Part shown: positions 18,521 through 29,600 of the stretch, piece by piece | How positions within the stretch are numbered: position 1 is the stretch's first letter | Layout of the letters: every line of letters starts with the position of its first letter | Notes under the pieces: generated by a model | Seen by the model: only the letters and a program-made list of their open reading frames with translations | The model's database searches: none | What the model was told of the DNA's origin: nothing | Assembly (NCBI GenBank): GCA_023265895.1 | Contig: JAHFSE010000011.1 | Coordinates: 1 to 40,927 of the forward strand | DNA length: 40,927 bases | Reading direction: 5' to 3' | From: Gammaproteobacteria bacterium | GTDB lineage: Bacteria > Pseudomonadota > Gammaproteobacteria > Pseudomonadales > JAHFSE01 | Made by a program: the position numbers and the translations under genes

Positions 18521-20254
18521 TTATAATACTACCTCCATCGCTTCTACGATCAACTGCAATGACTTCACACCACGATATTCATTCACACCTAACTTATAAA
18601 TTAAACGGACGTTATCTGCTGCATTAGGCCAAATTTTAGTATCAATATTAAAAGCAATGCCATCTAACACACGATTGCTTTCAGGCAACGACAACACCAT
18701 TTTCAAATGCCGCTGGCCTACAATTTTTTGTTCTAATAATTCAAAACACCCTTCGAATAATGGCTCAGGAAAATTCTGACCCCAAGGTAATAAATTCACT
18801 AACGTTTCAGCTAACGATAAATTCAGCTCTGCTTCCGTTAAACAACCATCGGTTAACCAAATGGCTTGTAATTGATCTTCACTTAAATACTGACGCACGA
18901 CTTGATTAAATGCAGTCGAAAAATCATGAAACTTCTCTTGAAACAAACTTAATCCGGCTGCCATCGCGTGACCACCAAATTTAAGGATTAATCCTGGATT
19001 TTTCGCCGCAATTTCATCTAACACATCACGAATATGCAAACCTGGAATAGAACGCGCTGAACCTTTCAATTGCTGATTTTTATCCTCAGCAAAGGCAATG
19101 ATTGGGCGATGAAATTTGTCCTTAATACGGGAAGCTAAAATACCAATAACACCTTGATGCCAACGACGGTCAAATAAACATAAACCATAAGGTAAATCCT
19201 TTGGATTCATTTTTAAATGATCTAAATAATGCAGTGCTTCTTGCTGCATACTGAATTCAATGGTTTTACGTTCTTGATTTAAACGATCCAATTGTGCTGC
19301 CAATTGACGTGCTTTTTGCGGATCATCACATAACAAACATTCAATGCCAATAGACATATCTTCTAAACGGCCCGCAGCATTTAAACGTGGCCCTACAGCA
19401 AAACCTAAATCACCAGCAACCAATCGTTCTAATGGTCGGTTGGCAATTTCTAACAACGCAATGATACCGACGCGGCATTGACCTACACGAATCCGCTGTA
19501 AACCTTGCTGCACCAACACACGATTATTATGATCCAACGGCACCACATCAGCTACCGTACCCAAAGCAACTAAATCAAGGAATTGCGCCATATTCGGTTC
19601 AGCAAGATGATTAGATTCAAACCAATGTATTTCACGTAAACGACTACGCAAGGCTGACATCACATAAAAAATCACCCCAACACCGGCTAAATTTTTACTG
19701 AGAAAATTACAGCCCGGCTGATTCGGATTAACGATTGCATCGGCCTCAGGTAATTGTGCGCCCGCCAAATGATGATCGGTAATCAACACCCGAATTCCTA
19801 GCGCTTTTGCTGCTTGCACACCTTCCACACTGGAAATACCATTATCCACTGTAATCATTAATTCTGGTTTTCTCTGAGCAGCCACTGCAACAATTTCTGG
19901 CGTTAAACCGTAACCATATTCAAAGCGATTCGGCACTAAATAATCTACGTGCTGAGCACCCATTGCACGCAAAGCTAACACCGCCACACTGGTGCTGGTT
20001 GCACCATCGGCATCAAAATCACCGATAATTAAAATCCGTTGTTGTTGGGTCAATGCAACAACTAACAAATCCATGGCTTGGGTTAAACCTTTTAATTGCT
20101 GCGGTGAAATCAGATATTTTAGATCGCACTGTAAATGCTGCTGCAAAACCGCACCACGACTGATTAATATTTTTTGAATTAAGGGATGAAGGGTTTCAAA
20201 TTGACCTAAGGATAAATCAGCTGTGCGGCGCTGAATGCGAAGCGGTGTATGCAT
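18521..20254 (-). CDS. recJ: single-stranded-DNA-specific exonuclease RecJ
   Basis: DHH-family motifs IIGDFDADGATS, ITVDNG and ITDHH; DHHA1 motif FGGHAMAAG. Confidence 0.95.
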   Translation of the reverse strand: MHTPLRIQRRTADLSLGQFETLHPLIQKILISRGAVLQQHLQCDLKYLISPQQLKGLTQAMDLLVVALTQQQRILIIGDFDADGATSTSVAVLALRAMGAQHVDYLVPNRFEYGYGLTPEIVAVAAQRKPELMITVDNGISSVEGVQAAKALGIRVLITDHHLAGAQLPEADAIVNPNQPGCNFLSKNLAGVGVIFYVMSALRSRLREIHWFESNHLAEPNMAQFLDLVALGTVADVVPLDHNNRVLVQQGLQRIRVGQCRVGIIALLEIANRPLERLVAGDLGFAVGPRLNAAGRLEDMSIGIECLLCDDPQKARQLAAQLDRLNQERKTIEFSMQQEALHYLDHLKMNPKDLPYGLCLFDRRWHQGVIGILASRIKDKFHRPIIAFAEDKNQQLKGSARSIPGLHIRDVLDEIAAKNPGLILKFGGHAMAAGLSLFQEKFHDFSTAFNQVVRQYLSEDQLQAIWLTDGCLTEAELNLSLAETLVNLLPWGQNFPEPLFEGCFELLEQKIVGQRHLKMVLSLPESNRVLDGIAFNIDTKIWPNAADNVRLIYKLGVNEYRGVKSLQLIVEAMEVVL

Positions 20255-20258
20255 GAAG

Positions 20259-20660
20259 TTATGAATGCTCCCAATCTTCCAGCCGTAACCCGATTACACG
20301 GCTGAACTCATGCGTATTATGTGTGACTAAAGTTATATCGTGAGCCCGTGCAATCGCAGCAATCATTAAATCATTGGGACCTATCAATTGACCTGCCATA
20401 GCAAGATCTGCCCGAATTAAACCATAATGCTCCGCACAACGATCATCGAATGGCAAACTCACTAAAGGCGCAAAGAAAAATTTTAATCGTTGAAGATTCA
20501 GGTCTACTTGCTGACTATGACGAGCACCAAATAACAATTCAGCTTTCACAATACTGCATATAGCAATCTCTGTAGGAGATCGAGATTGAAATTGCTGCAA
20601 AATCATTTTGTCTCGTTGATTTAATAATCGAATACAAACATTAGTATCGAGCAAAATCAT
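20259..20660 (-). CDS. vapC: type II toxin VapC (PIN-domain ribonuclease)
   Basis: MILLDTNV (N-terminal Asp), PNDLMIAA and VTHNTHEF are typical PIN acidic-residue positions. The start overlaps the antitoxin stop by 1 nt. Confidence 0.85.
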   Translation of the reverse strand: MILLDTNVCIRLLNQRDKMILQQFQSRSPTEIAICSIVKAELLFGARHSQQVDLNLQRLKFFFAPLVSLPFDDRCAEHYGLIRADLAMAGQLIGPNDLMIAAIARAHDITLVTHNTHEFSRVIGLRLEDWEHS

Positions 20661-20893
20661 TATTTAAACTCCAGACGATTCTCCATATCTCCCTGAGGTG
20701 GACGCACAAGTGCCTCACCTTGCCATTGACCAAACACTTGATCAAAATAGCCCTCTGGCCACTGATTTTTTGGAGCTGTTTCACGCTTCACCAGATCAGC
20801 TAAATAACGCGACAGTGAAAGATGGGCTTGCTGTGCTTTACGACGCAGCTGCACCTCTACCTCATCTGGCACATAAAAGTGTAATTGAGCCAT
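20660..20893 (-). CDS. vapB: type II antitoxin, ribbon-helix-helix VapB-like
   Basis: 77 aa. The N-terminal HFYVPDEVEVQLRRKAQQAHLSLSRYLADLV has a beta-strand/helix/helix pattern. SD GGAGAG lies just upstream of ATG 20893. Positioned directly upstream of vapC. Confidence 0.7.
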   Translation of the reverse strand: MAQLHFYVPDEVEVQLRRKAQQAHLSLSRYLADLVKRETAPKNQWPEGYFDQVFGQWQGEALVRPPQGDMENRLEFK

Positions 20894-20927
20894 AATCTCT
20901 CCAACGGTATATGTGGACTATGTGCCT

Positions 20928-20956
20928 AGAGTAGATTTTCACCCACGACCTGTCAA
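20928..20956 (-). promoter_or_regulatory. putative sigma70 promoter of vapBC
   Basis: On the minus strand: perfect -35 TTGACA (20956-20951), a 17-nt spacer, and -10 TACTCT (20933-20928). Two CACATA direct repeats lie between the -10 and the SD and could be an operator. Prediction by eye only. Confidence 0.35.
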
Positions 20957-20976
20957 TTTTTTATCGACACGCTCCA

Positions 20977-22050
20977 TCATAAAACGCTTAAAATAGCGTT
21001 TTTGACTGGATTTAACGCCGCATCAATTGTCATCATATTATCTGGATTAGATTGTTTAATGGCGGTGTCAGGATCCTTCAACCCATGACCGGTCAGAGTA
21101 CAGACAACAGTGCTACCTTCAGAAATTTTTCCCAACTGAATATCTTGCAAAGCACCTGCCACAGAAATGGCAGAAGCTGGCTCACAAAAAATGCCTTCTT
21201 GTTCAGCCAATAATTTTTGTGCAGCCAGAATTTCTGCATCAGAAAATTCCTTAAACCAGCCCTCAGATTCTTGTTGTGCAGCAATCGCCTGAATCCAAGA
21301 TTGTGGATGACCAATACGAATCGCCGTTGCAATGGTTTCTGGATTGTCGACGGGATGCCCCCGCAAGAAAGGCGCGGCACCAGAGGCTTGATAACCTAAC
21401 ATCTTCGGTTTAGCGGACGCTTTTCCATGATTAAAATATTCGTTATAACCTAACCAATAGGCAGTAATATTGCCCGCATTGCCCACCGGCAAACAATGAT
21501 AATCTGGTGCTCGACCCAGCGCGTCGATAATTTCAAAGCTTGCGGTTTTTTGACCTTGAATGCGAAAAGGATTAACCGAATTTACCAAAGTCACTGGGGC
21601 TTCTTGCGCAATCTGTTTAACCAATTCCATACCCTGATCAAAATTACCTTTAATTTGCAAAATAATTGCGCCGTACATCATGGTTTGCGCTAATTTTCCT
21701 AATGCAATTTTACCCTCAGGAATTAAGACAAAAGCTTTGATGCCGGCGCGTGCCGCATAAGCTGCCGCCGCTGCAGAAGTATTGCCGGTAGACGCACAAA
21801 TAATTGCTTTACTGCCCGCTTCTACCGCTTTTGTCACCGCCATAGTCATGCCGCGATCTTTAAAAGAACCGGTAGGATTGAGACCTTCATATTTCACATA
21901 AATATCAACGGATTTTTTTAATTGACGGGGAATATTTTTTAATTGAATCAGCGGTGTATTACCTTCACCCAAACTGATGATGGGCGTTTTATCGGCAACG
22001 GGTAAATAATTTCGGTAGTGTTCGATGAGGCCGGAATAATGGGTAGACAT
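20977..22050 (-). CDS. thrC: threonine synthase
   Basis: PLP-lysine motif [12 protein letters not shown], and [19 protein letters not shown]. Sits downstream of hom. Confidence 0.95.
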   Translation of the reverse strand: MSTHYSGLIEHYRNYLPVADKTPIISLGEGNTPLIQLKNIPRQLKKSVDIYVKYEGLNPTGSFKDRGMTMAVTKAVEAGSKAIICASTGNTSAAAAAYAARAGIKAFVLIPEGKIALGKLAQTMMYGAIILQIKGNFDQGMELVKQIAQEAPVTLVNSVNPFRIQGQKTASFEIIDALGRAPDYHCLPVGNAGNITAYWLGYNEYFNHGKASAKPKMLGYQASGAAPFLRGHPVDNPETIATAIRIGHPQSWIQAIAAQQESEGWFKEFSDAEILAAQKLLAEQEGIFCEPASAISVAGALQDIQLGKISEGSTVVCTLTGHGLKDPDTAIKQSNPDNMMTIDAALNPVKNAILSVL

Positions 22051-22079
22051 ATAACTATCTCTCTAATAAAAAAATAATT

Positions 22080-22174
22080 CCCCCCCCCTTTAACAAAGGG
22101 GGGTTAGGGGGGATTTTAATTATTCACGATATGCCGAGAAAAAATCCCCCTCAATCCCCCTTTTTCAAAGGGGG
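22080..22174. repeat. three consecutive G/C-clamped hairpins filling the hom-thrC spacer
   Basis: H1: CCCCCCTTT-AAC-AAAGGGGGG (22083-22103). H2: GGGGGATTTT (22108-22117) pairs with AAAATCCCCC (22141-22150). H3: CCCCCTTT-TTC-AAAGGGGG (22156-22174). Confidence 0.85.
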
Positions 22175-22177
22175 AAG

Positions 22178-23476
22178 CTAAAAACTCTCCAACCGAATCC
22201 GCGCTACCGGCGCACCGGTTTCAGGTAAAGCTTGAATTTTTGCAATCGCTGCATTCATTTCATACTCTAAAACTTTTTGCGTCAAAATAATAATAGGCAC
22301 TAAACCGCTTTGTCGGTGCACAGCTTGTTGACGAATCGCTTCAATGCTGATGCTATGCTCACTGAGAATTTTAGTAATATGCGCTAAGACGCCGGTTTTT
22401 TCGTGCACTTCAATACGCAAATAATAAGCGGTCTCCACCTCATCCATAGTAACCAAGGCTTGCTCTTCCGTTTCGCTAAAAGCTAAGGGCGGTACATGTT
22501 GCTGAGGATTTTCTAAAATACGAACAATATCGATAATATCGGCCACCACTGAAGAAGCCGTCGGTAAACTACCCGCGCCGGCACCATAATACAGTGAAGA
22601 TCCCACCGCATCGCCTTGCACCATCACCGCATTCATGACACCGTTGACTTGCGCAAGCATCTCTTCTTTGGCAATTAAGGTAGGATGCACTCGCATCTCA
22701 ATCCCTTTCGCGGAACGACGAATAATACCCAAATGTTTAATTCGATAGCCCAACTCCGCTGCATTACGAATATCCACCGAGGTAATTTTGCTAATCCCTT
22801 CGGTAAATACGCGCTTAAATTGAATCGGCATACCGAAAGCAATGGCGGCTAATAAAGTTAATTTATGTGCAGCATCGATGCCTTCCACATCGAAAGTAGG
22901 ATCCGCTTCGGCGTAACCCAACTGCTGAGCTTGTTTTAATGCTTCTGCAAAAGACCGTTGGCCCTGCTCCATTTCGGTGAGGATAAAATTACCAGTACCA
23001 TTAATAATGCCAGCTAAAGCCTGAATACGATTCGCTGCTAAACCTTCACGTAAGGCTTTAATGATGGGAATACCGCCAGCCACAGCAGCTTCGAAGGCCA
23101 AAATAACACCTGCTTGATGAGCCGCTTTAAATAATTCTTCACCCTGCTCTGCCAGTAGCGCTTTATTTGCGGTGACCACATGCTTGCCATGGGCAATGGC
23201 GGTGAGAATAAATTCTTTCGCTGTCGTCACGCCGCCTATCAGCTCCAGTACCAAATCTAATTCAGGATTACGCGCTACAGCTAAAACATCCTGTGTTATC
23301 GCATAAGCCGATGTGTCACACAGTGGATTAGCACGACGGGCAGCAATTTGCTGAATCTGTACGGGTCGACCTAATCGGCGCTCAATATCCGCACAGTTTT
23401 TTTGCAAAATATTGACCACACCGCTACCCACAGTGCCTAAGCCAGCAATACCTAATTTGACCGGTTTCACGCGCAT
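22178..23476 (-). CDS. hom: homoserine dehydrogenase with C-terminal ACT domain
   Basis: NAD-binding LGIAGLGTVGSGV; central catalytic region NGTGNFILTEM...GYAEADPTFDVEG; C-terminal ACT-like YYLRIEVHEKTGVLAHI. Confidence 0.93.
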   Translation of the reverse strand: MRVKPVKLGIAGLGTVGSGVVNILQKNCADIERRLGRPVQIQQIAARRANPLCDTSAYAITQDVLAVARNPELDLVLELIGGVTTAKEFILTAIAHGKHVVTANKALLAEQGEELFKAAHQAGVILAFEAAVAGGIPIIKALREGLAANRIQALAGIINGTGNFILTEMEQGQRSFAEALKQAQQLGYAEADPTFDVEGIDAAHKLTLLAAIAFGMPIQFKRVFTEGISKITSVDIRNAAELGYRIKHLGIIRRSAKGIEMRVHPTLIAKEEMLAQVNGVMNAVMVQGDAVGSSLYYGAGAGSLPTASSVVADIIDIVRILENPQQHVPPLAFSETEEQALVTMDEVETAYYLRIEVHEKTGVLAHITKILSEHSISIEAIRQQAVHRQSGLVPIIILTQKVLEYEMNAAIAKIQALPETGAPVARIRLESF

Positions 23477-23653
23477 ACCCTTTTAATGAGAAAAAATGGG
23501 AAGGCACATTATCCGGAGAGCAGAAGCGGTGTCAATCAAAGCTGTTGTTTTAAATTTCTACAAGCTGCGTGTCATTTGTATGTTGACCTTATCCCAAGTG
23601 TAGAAGCTCAAAACACTTCACCAACATTTTTGAAGCGCTACCTTAATTTTTTC

Positions 23654-26600
23654 TTATCGAATCACGCTAGAAATCGCCACTTGAGTCACCTTAGGCGCAT
23701 CATGGGTGCTTGATTCTTTCAACGAATGACCGGCTGGAATTAAGGCAAGAATAAAACCTAAACTCAGCAGTAAACTTTTAAACGGACGCTGACCATCACC
23801 TCCCACCATTCGAGTCAGCTCACCTAACTGTGCAGCACTATTTTCACCCGTATGTTGATTCAATAATTGCATATGCTGCTCTAGCTGTTTAATACGATCA
23901 TGCACTTTATTCGATTCCATTAACGGCTTCAGTACAACTGGCTCTCTTGCTGGTGTCATCGGCGATAGTGACTGTTTCTTCAGCTCAGCCACCTCATGGG
24001 TTAATGCTGTAAAAATATTTTGATACTCTCGATTCATCGCCTGCATCGCATCTTGCAGTTGTTTAACTAAGGGCGCCGACGCATCTTGATGAGTATCCTT
24101 TACTTGAACCAACTGACGGTGTAATTCAGTCACCTGCAAAACCAACTCACGATGCTGTAACTCACTTTGATCTAAGCGCTTTACCCAAGCTTGTTCACGT
24201 TGAGCTAATGCTTGCATAAATTGTTGCGATTCCATCGCTGTTACACCCACTTGTTGCAATTTGCTCTCAAACTGTTGCATCCAAGTTTCCACCTGTTGAT
24301 GCATCGATTGATTACTTTCCAACTCCTGCCGTACCAAAGTGGCATATTCTCTTAATTCAGAAAATTGTCGATTGGCCTGACCATTCCAATACACCTGCTC
24401 CTGCTGAAATTGTGCAGATCCATCTTGCACCTGTTGCGCCTGCTGCAACTGTTGTTGAACTTGCTGCTCAGCCTGTTGTGTTTTCGACAAACACTCATTG
24501 ACGTGCACCGCCATAGCATTCAGCAATTCTTTCGCCTGCTCCCATTTTTTTGAATTTTGTTCTGCAGAATCGCTATAGGCCTGCGCACTATTTAACAAAG
24601 ATTCTGTTTGCTGATATTTTTGTTCAATTTTCTGAATCCATGCAGATACTTTTTGTACTTGCTGATCCATATCATGATACATAGATTGACAACTACTTCT
24701 GACTTCAATCGCTTGCTGCACATGCTCTTGTGTTGCACCGGAATAATGTAAAAATTGCTGCTCCACTGTCTGCAATTTTTTCCATAATTCATGAGACTCA
24801 TTTAACAAATCACGAGTTTTTTGCATCTGACTGGCGGTGACTTGCTGAGTGGAAACACTATTCGCAATAATATGTTCCAACTCAAGATGTTTCGCCGTTA
24901 AAGTTTCCTGTAGGGCCGTAATACTACGCTGCTGTTGGGTCAACAGAGCCTGTTGATCGTGAATATTAGCTTGAAACAATTGCACCTGATCGATGTTTTC
25001 CAACACAACCTGCTGAGTATGCTGATTAATCGCTGTAAGGTTTTTTGCCTCTGCCAAAATCGTCTGTGATGTTTGTTGTTGTTGATTAAATACTAATTGA
25101 TCCGCTTGCTGCTGAGCAAACATTGCCTCAGAACTTGTTTTCATCGATTCATACAAATCGATTATTTTCTGTAATTCTTTACGCTGGACTTCATCTGATA
25201 CTGACTTTCTATCCATGACTTCTTGTTGCGCGGAAACTGTTTTAAGAATTTCCTTAGCAGAACATAATAATTTTTGATTATCTGATTTTAGCTCTACCAA
25301 TTCCTCCTGAATAGAATGTACCTGCTGTACACTATTATTCATCGAGAAAGATAATACCTCCACGGTAGCCTGTTGCTCCAACATCAGAGCATGGGTATTT
25401 TCAACTTGTTTTTGCAACGTCTGACAAGCTTCATGCGTCGCAGTAGAAGCAGAAGTTACTTCCTCTGCACGGGTACAAATAACCTGCATTTCTTCTCGGC
25501 AAGATTGCATCCAAACCATGGAATCATCGGTTTTTTTGTGCATTTCTGTTGCAGAAATCAAAGCTTGCTCAGAAGCAAAATGCAAAGTATCTAACGCATT
25601 ACGATACACCTCCATCTTCTGCTGATGTTGCTGCAACAAAGCATCCACTTCAGTTTTTTGATGCGCACCTTGATCTACCAAACCACGACATTCGGTTAAT
25701 ACCAAGCCAGCCAAATGACGCAATTCACTCCCTTCTTTAATCCCTTGATGAATATTTTGTTGTTGATCAAATAAAGAAGCATTGATTTCAGAAATTTTTT
25801 CTTGTTGTTTTTGATGTTCCAATAGATTTAGATTTATTTTTTCATCTAAATCCCTAATAGATTTTAAACCTTCCAAAACAACACGCTGAGTTTTTCTATT
25901 CATTTCTGACAATGCATTTAATTCAATTAACTTATTATCCACTGAATGAATAAACTCAGCCTGTTGAACAGAGCAGGACTGCTTAAACGATTCCACATTC
26001 GTCTCAACAGATTGGCACTGAGCATTTTGACGTTCAACAATGAGTTTATATTGCTCTTGTTGATTCTTAAGATGATGAGCAATATCACGCAATTGAGATA
26101 ATTTTTTGGTGTATTCTGCATGGAGATTTTGACTTTTCTGATATAAAGTCTGACTTCCAATCAATGCTTCTTGAGTTTGAATTTGTGATAATTCATTGGC
26201 TTTAACCAATGTTTCAAATTGATTTTTTTGCGTATCCGAAAGCATCAATAAATCTTTTGATTCCTTCAATAAATCAGCAATATTCTTCTGCATATTTTTC
26301 ATCTGCTCAGCAGATTGTGCTTGAGATTCAGAATCTTCAGAACATTTGGTTTGCAATTGTTGATAATTGCTGTAAGTTTTTTCTATTAATGCTGCAAAAT
26401 GTGCATTATCTTGTGTTAATTGATTTAACTGAATGGATTGTGCTTCTGTTTTTTCCGTTAAATCATGTGCTTTAGCATGGGTTAACTCTACTGCAGCTAA
26501 CATAGCCTCTACTTGTTGCTGCGTATGCTCTGCCTTCCCATAATAGGTATTGACTTGATCTAATAACTCATGAAAAGTTTCTTTCATTTCTAACTGTTGC

Positions 26601-29600
26601 TGAATACCCACTTGTATTTGTTCATCAGAACACTGGACCAACTGATTGACTTTTTCAAACAGATTCAACAATTCTTTTTGAGAGGCATTGACCTCCGTTT
26701 TTTGCTGGTTTAATGCCTCTAGAAAATAAGACCTCATGGACTCTAACTGAACAGCACGCTGCTCATCACGCTGCCCAGACAATGCATAATTTTCCTGCAT
26801 TGCCAAACATTCTTGATAAACATGATGAATATCATGAGAAAGTGCTTGGGTAGATGAATTTTGTTCACCAATTTTATTTAATAAATCAGCTAATTCTACT
26901 CTAAAGGCTTGATGCTCAGATCGCCCCGTATCCACATAATCTTTCACACTGATATTTAAAGATTCACATTTTGAAAACAGTTCATCAGCGCGGCCATGCA
27001 AAGCATTGCATTGAGATTCTTGTAATTGAGCCTGATTCAATAACACTGAAAATTTTTCTTCGAACAGAAAATTCATTGCTTCTTTTTGCTGCTGACCTTG
27101 ATTGAGTTGTTCGCTGGCACAACTCATTAATTCATTCACTTTATAAAATAATTCTGCCAAATCTTGGCGCGTGACTTCAAGTTGAGTTTTATATTGACTC
27201 ATTTCATCCAAAAAGTTTTGCTGCATGGCATCGATCTGCTGAGAATGCATTTCACCCCGCTCAGATTCTGCGAGTGTCGCCTGTTGTAGGCTTTGACATT
27301 CATGATAAATCCTAGCCATTTCATCAGCAATTGATTGAGTCACGGCATTTTGTCCAGCAACACGCTCTAACAAATTTTGCATCTCTGATTTCAAGACTTC
27401 ATTTGCTTGACGTTCTTCACCAAAACGATCAACCACTTGATTTTTTAACGCAGTATTCTCCATCACCATGCCATGAACCATATCATGCAACAGATTTGCT
27501 TGTTTTCTTTGTTCTTCTGCTTGTACCGTTAAATCAGAAAATCTATTTTGAAACTCTATAATTTTTTGATTATTAGACTCAGAAACAGTCAAAACTAATT
27601 TTGCATGATCTTTAATATCATTCACTTCATCTTTTATTTGATGCAAGCATTCTTGCTGAGCAACTGTTTTTTCATGAAGATCACGGGTATCCAAATGAAT
27701 TTTCTGAACATGATCAAACATTTCATAAATGTTTATTTTAAGCGCTTCAGATTCATAATATTGCTGTTGAATTTTTTCTTCTAATTGTTTGAAATCATTT
27801 TTCAGCTCTAATTTTTGCTCAGAGCTTGACTGCAATTGTTGATCAGCGCGCAAGACTAAATGATTTACCTGATCAAATAACTTCATTAAATCTTGATTGG
27901 CAGCATCCAAAACAGATTGATGACTTAACAAATCCGACAAAAATGTCTTTTGAATAAACTCCAAACGTTCAGAGTGTCCCTCATTAACGCGACTTTCTTG
28001 AGCAATTTGATCTTGCAACTGCAAACAAAATTGATGCGCCCGCACCAACTCAGACGATAGTTGATTGGTCATATCATTTTGCTGATTTACCTGATTCAAC
28101 AATTGAACAACTTCGTCTTTAAATTCCTGATAATCCGATTGAGATAATAATTTCTCTTCAGCTATATTTTTATTAATGGATTCACACTGAATCAAAACTG
28201 AATGCATCTGTTCATATAATTCATTAAAATGTTGCTGATGCGATTCGGACTGAATCATCATATCAGAAAATTTCTGTTGAAAGCCTAATACGGTAGAAGC
28301 ATGTGATTCAGCAATAACCAAAGCAATTTTTGCCTTATCACTGACTTCGCTCACTTCTTCAGATATCGCAATAAATTCCTGTTGTTGTACCGCCAGTTGA
28401 TTTTCTACTGCCCTAGTCAATTGATAGGCTGTATCTTGAGACTTTTCAGCAGAACGCACCATGAAATTAATTTTTTCCTGCATCTGCTCAGATTCATGTC
28501 GATAGCTTTCCATTTGACTCATTAAAATATCAAAGGATAAACGCATGTCTTCTTGCTGATCAAAACCAGACTTTAATTGTTCATCTGAGCGATGAATCAA
28601 TTGATTCAATTTTTCAAATAATTGTGATAAATCTTGATTTGCTAAATTCAACTGATTTTGATGATTAGAAATTTCTGAAAGAAAAGCCCGCTTAGTTTCT
28701 TCAAGTTGAACATCACGTACTTCGACTTTCTGTAGCCCATCAACAACTTCTACCTGTAAACGTACACACTCGTGATAAACCTGATTAAGTGCATCGGAAT
28801 CATTTTTTGAACGCTCATTTTGCGCATGCATTTGCTCAAGAAGGTGTTGCATTTCCGCCTTCAAAACTCGAGTAGTTTCTAAATCAACAGCACGATCTTC
28901 ACTCGATGCAGCATTCAATTGCTCACATCTCTGTAATACGTCGTTTACTTGATGATGTAACGCTACAGAAATATTTCGTTGCTCGCTAGCCTGCAATAAT
29001 AATTCAGAAAATTGAGCCTGAAATGCCTTAGATTTTTCTAGTTGTTCCGACAGTAATTGCTCTTGTTCTGACGCCAAATAAGATAATTTGGTATTAGTCA
29101 ATTCATGAGATTCAATAACTTGATGGGTTTTCTGTACATCTTGTCTTAATATTTGAATATCAGATAATAAACCTTGCAAAGATTGCTGGCTTTCCACTTG
29201 AAAAAATTCGGCCTTATTATGTAATGATTGCGCTTTTTCACATAACTCATTTAATATGATTTCTTTTTGTTGATGGCCCTCTATTAATGCTTCTACTCGA
29301 CTCCATTGCATTTCTTGCGTTTTAAATTTTTGTTGAAATTGATTGATTAATTCATTTGCTTCACATTTCAGTGCTGTCCAATACTGTTGATCTTTCAACA
29401 TACTTTGCAGCGAATGCTCCACTTGTATTTTAGTTTGGCAAGCTTGCTCTGTACTTTCTTCTAAATTTTTTAAATGTTGACGCGCATCAGAAAAGAATTG
29501 ATCTAATGCTTGCTTATCTTGTTTTATGCTCGATAATTGATCTTCTAAACGCCGATCAAATCCTTGCGCGCTATCTAAATAATGTTGTAGTAACAGTTTT

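Noticed and set aside
22051-22177. Classical threonine-operon attenuator between hom and thrC
   Set aside because: There is no Thr/Ile-rich leader peptide ORF and no alternative terminator/antiterminator logic. The hairpins are simple palindromes, better described as REP-like elements.
24365-27561. Seven short ORFs (six on the + strand, plus minus-strand 24592-24801 and 25927-26160) lying inside the giant coiled-coil gene
   Set aside because: They are mirror or alternate-frame artefacts of a 7.3-kb stop-poor, low-complexity coding region. Their products are Leu/Phe/Cys-rich nonsense with no start signals.
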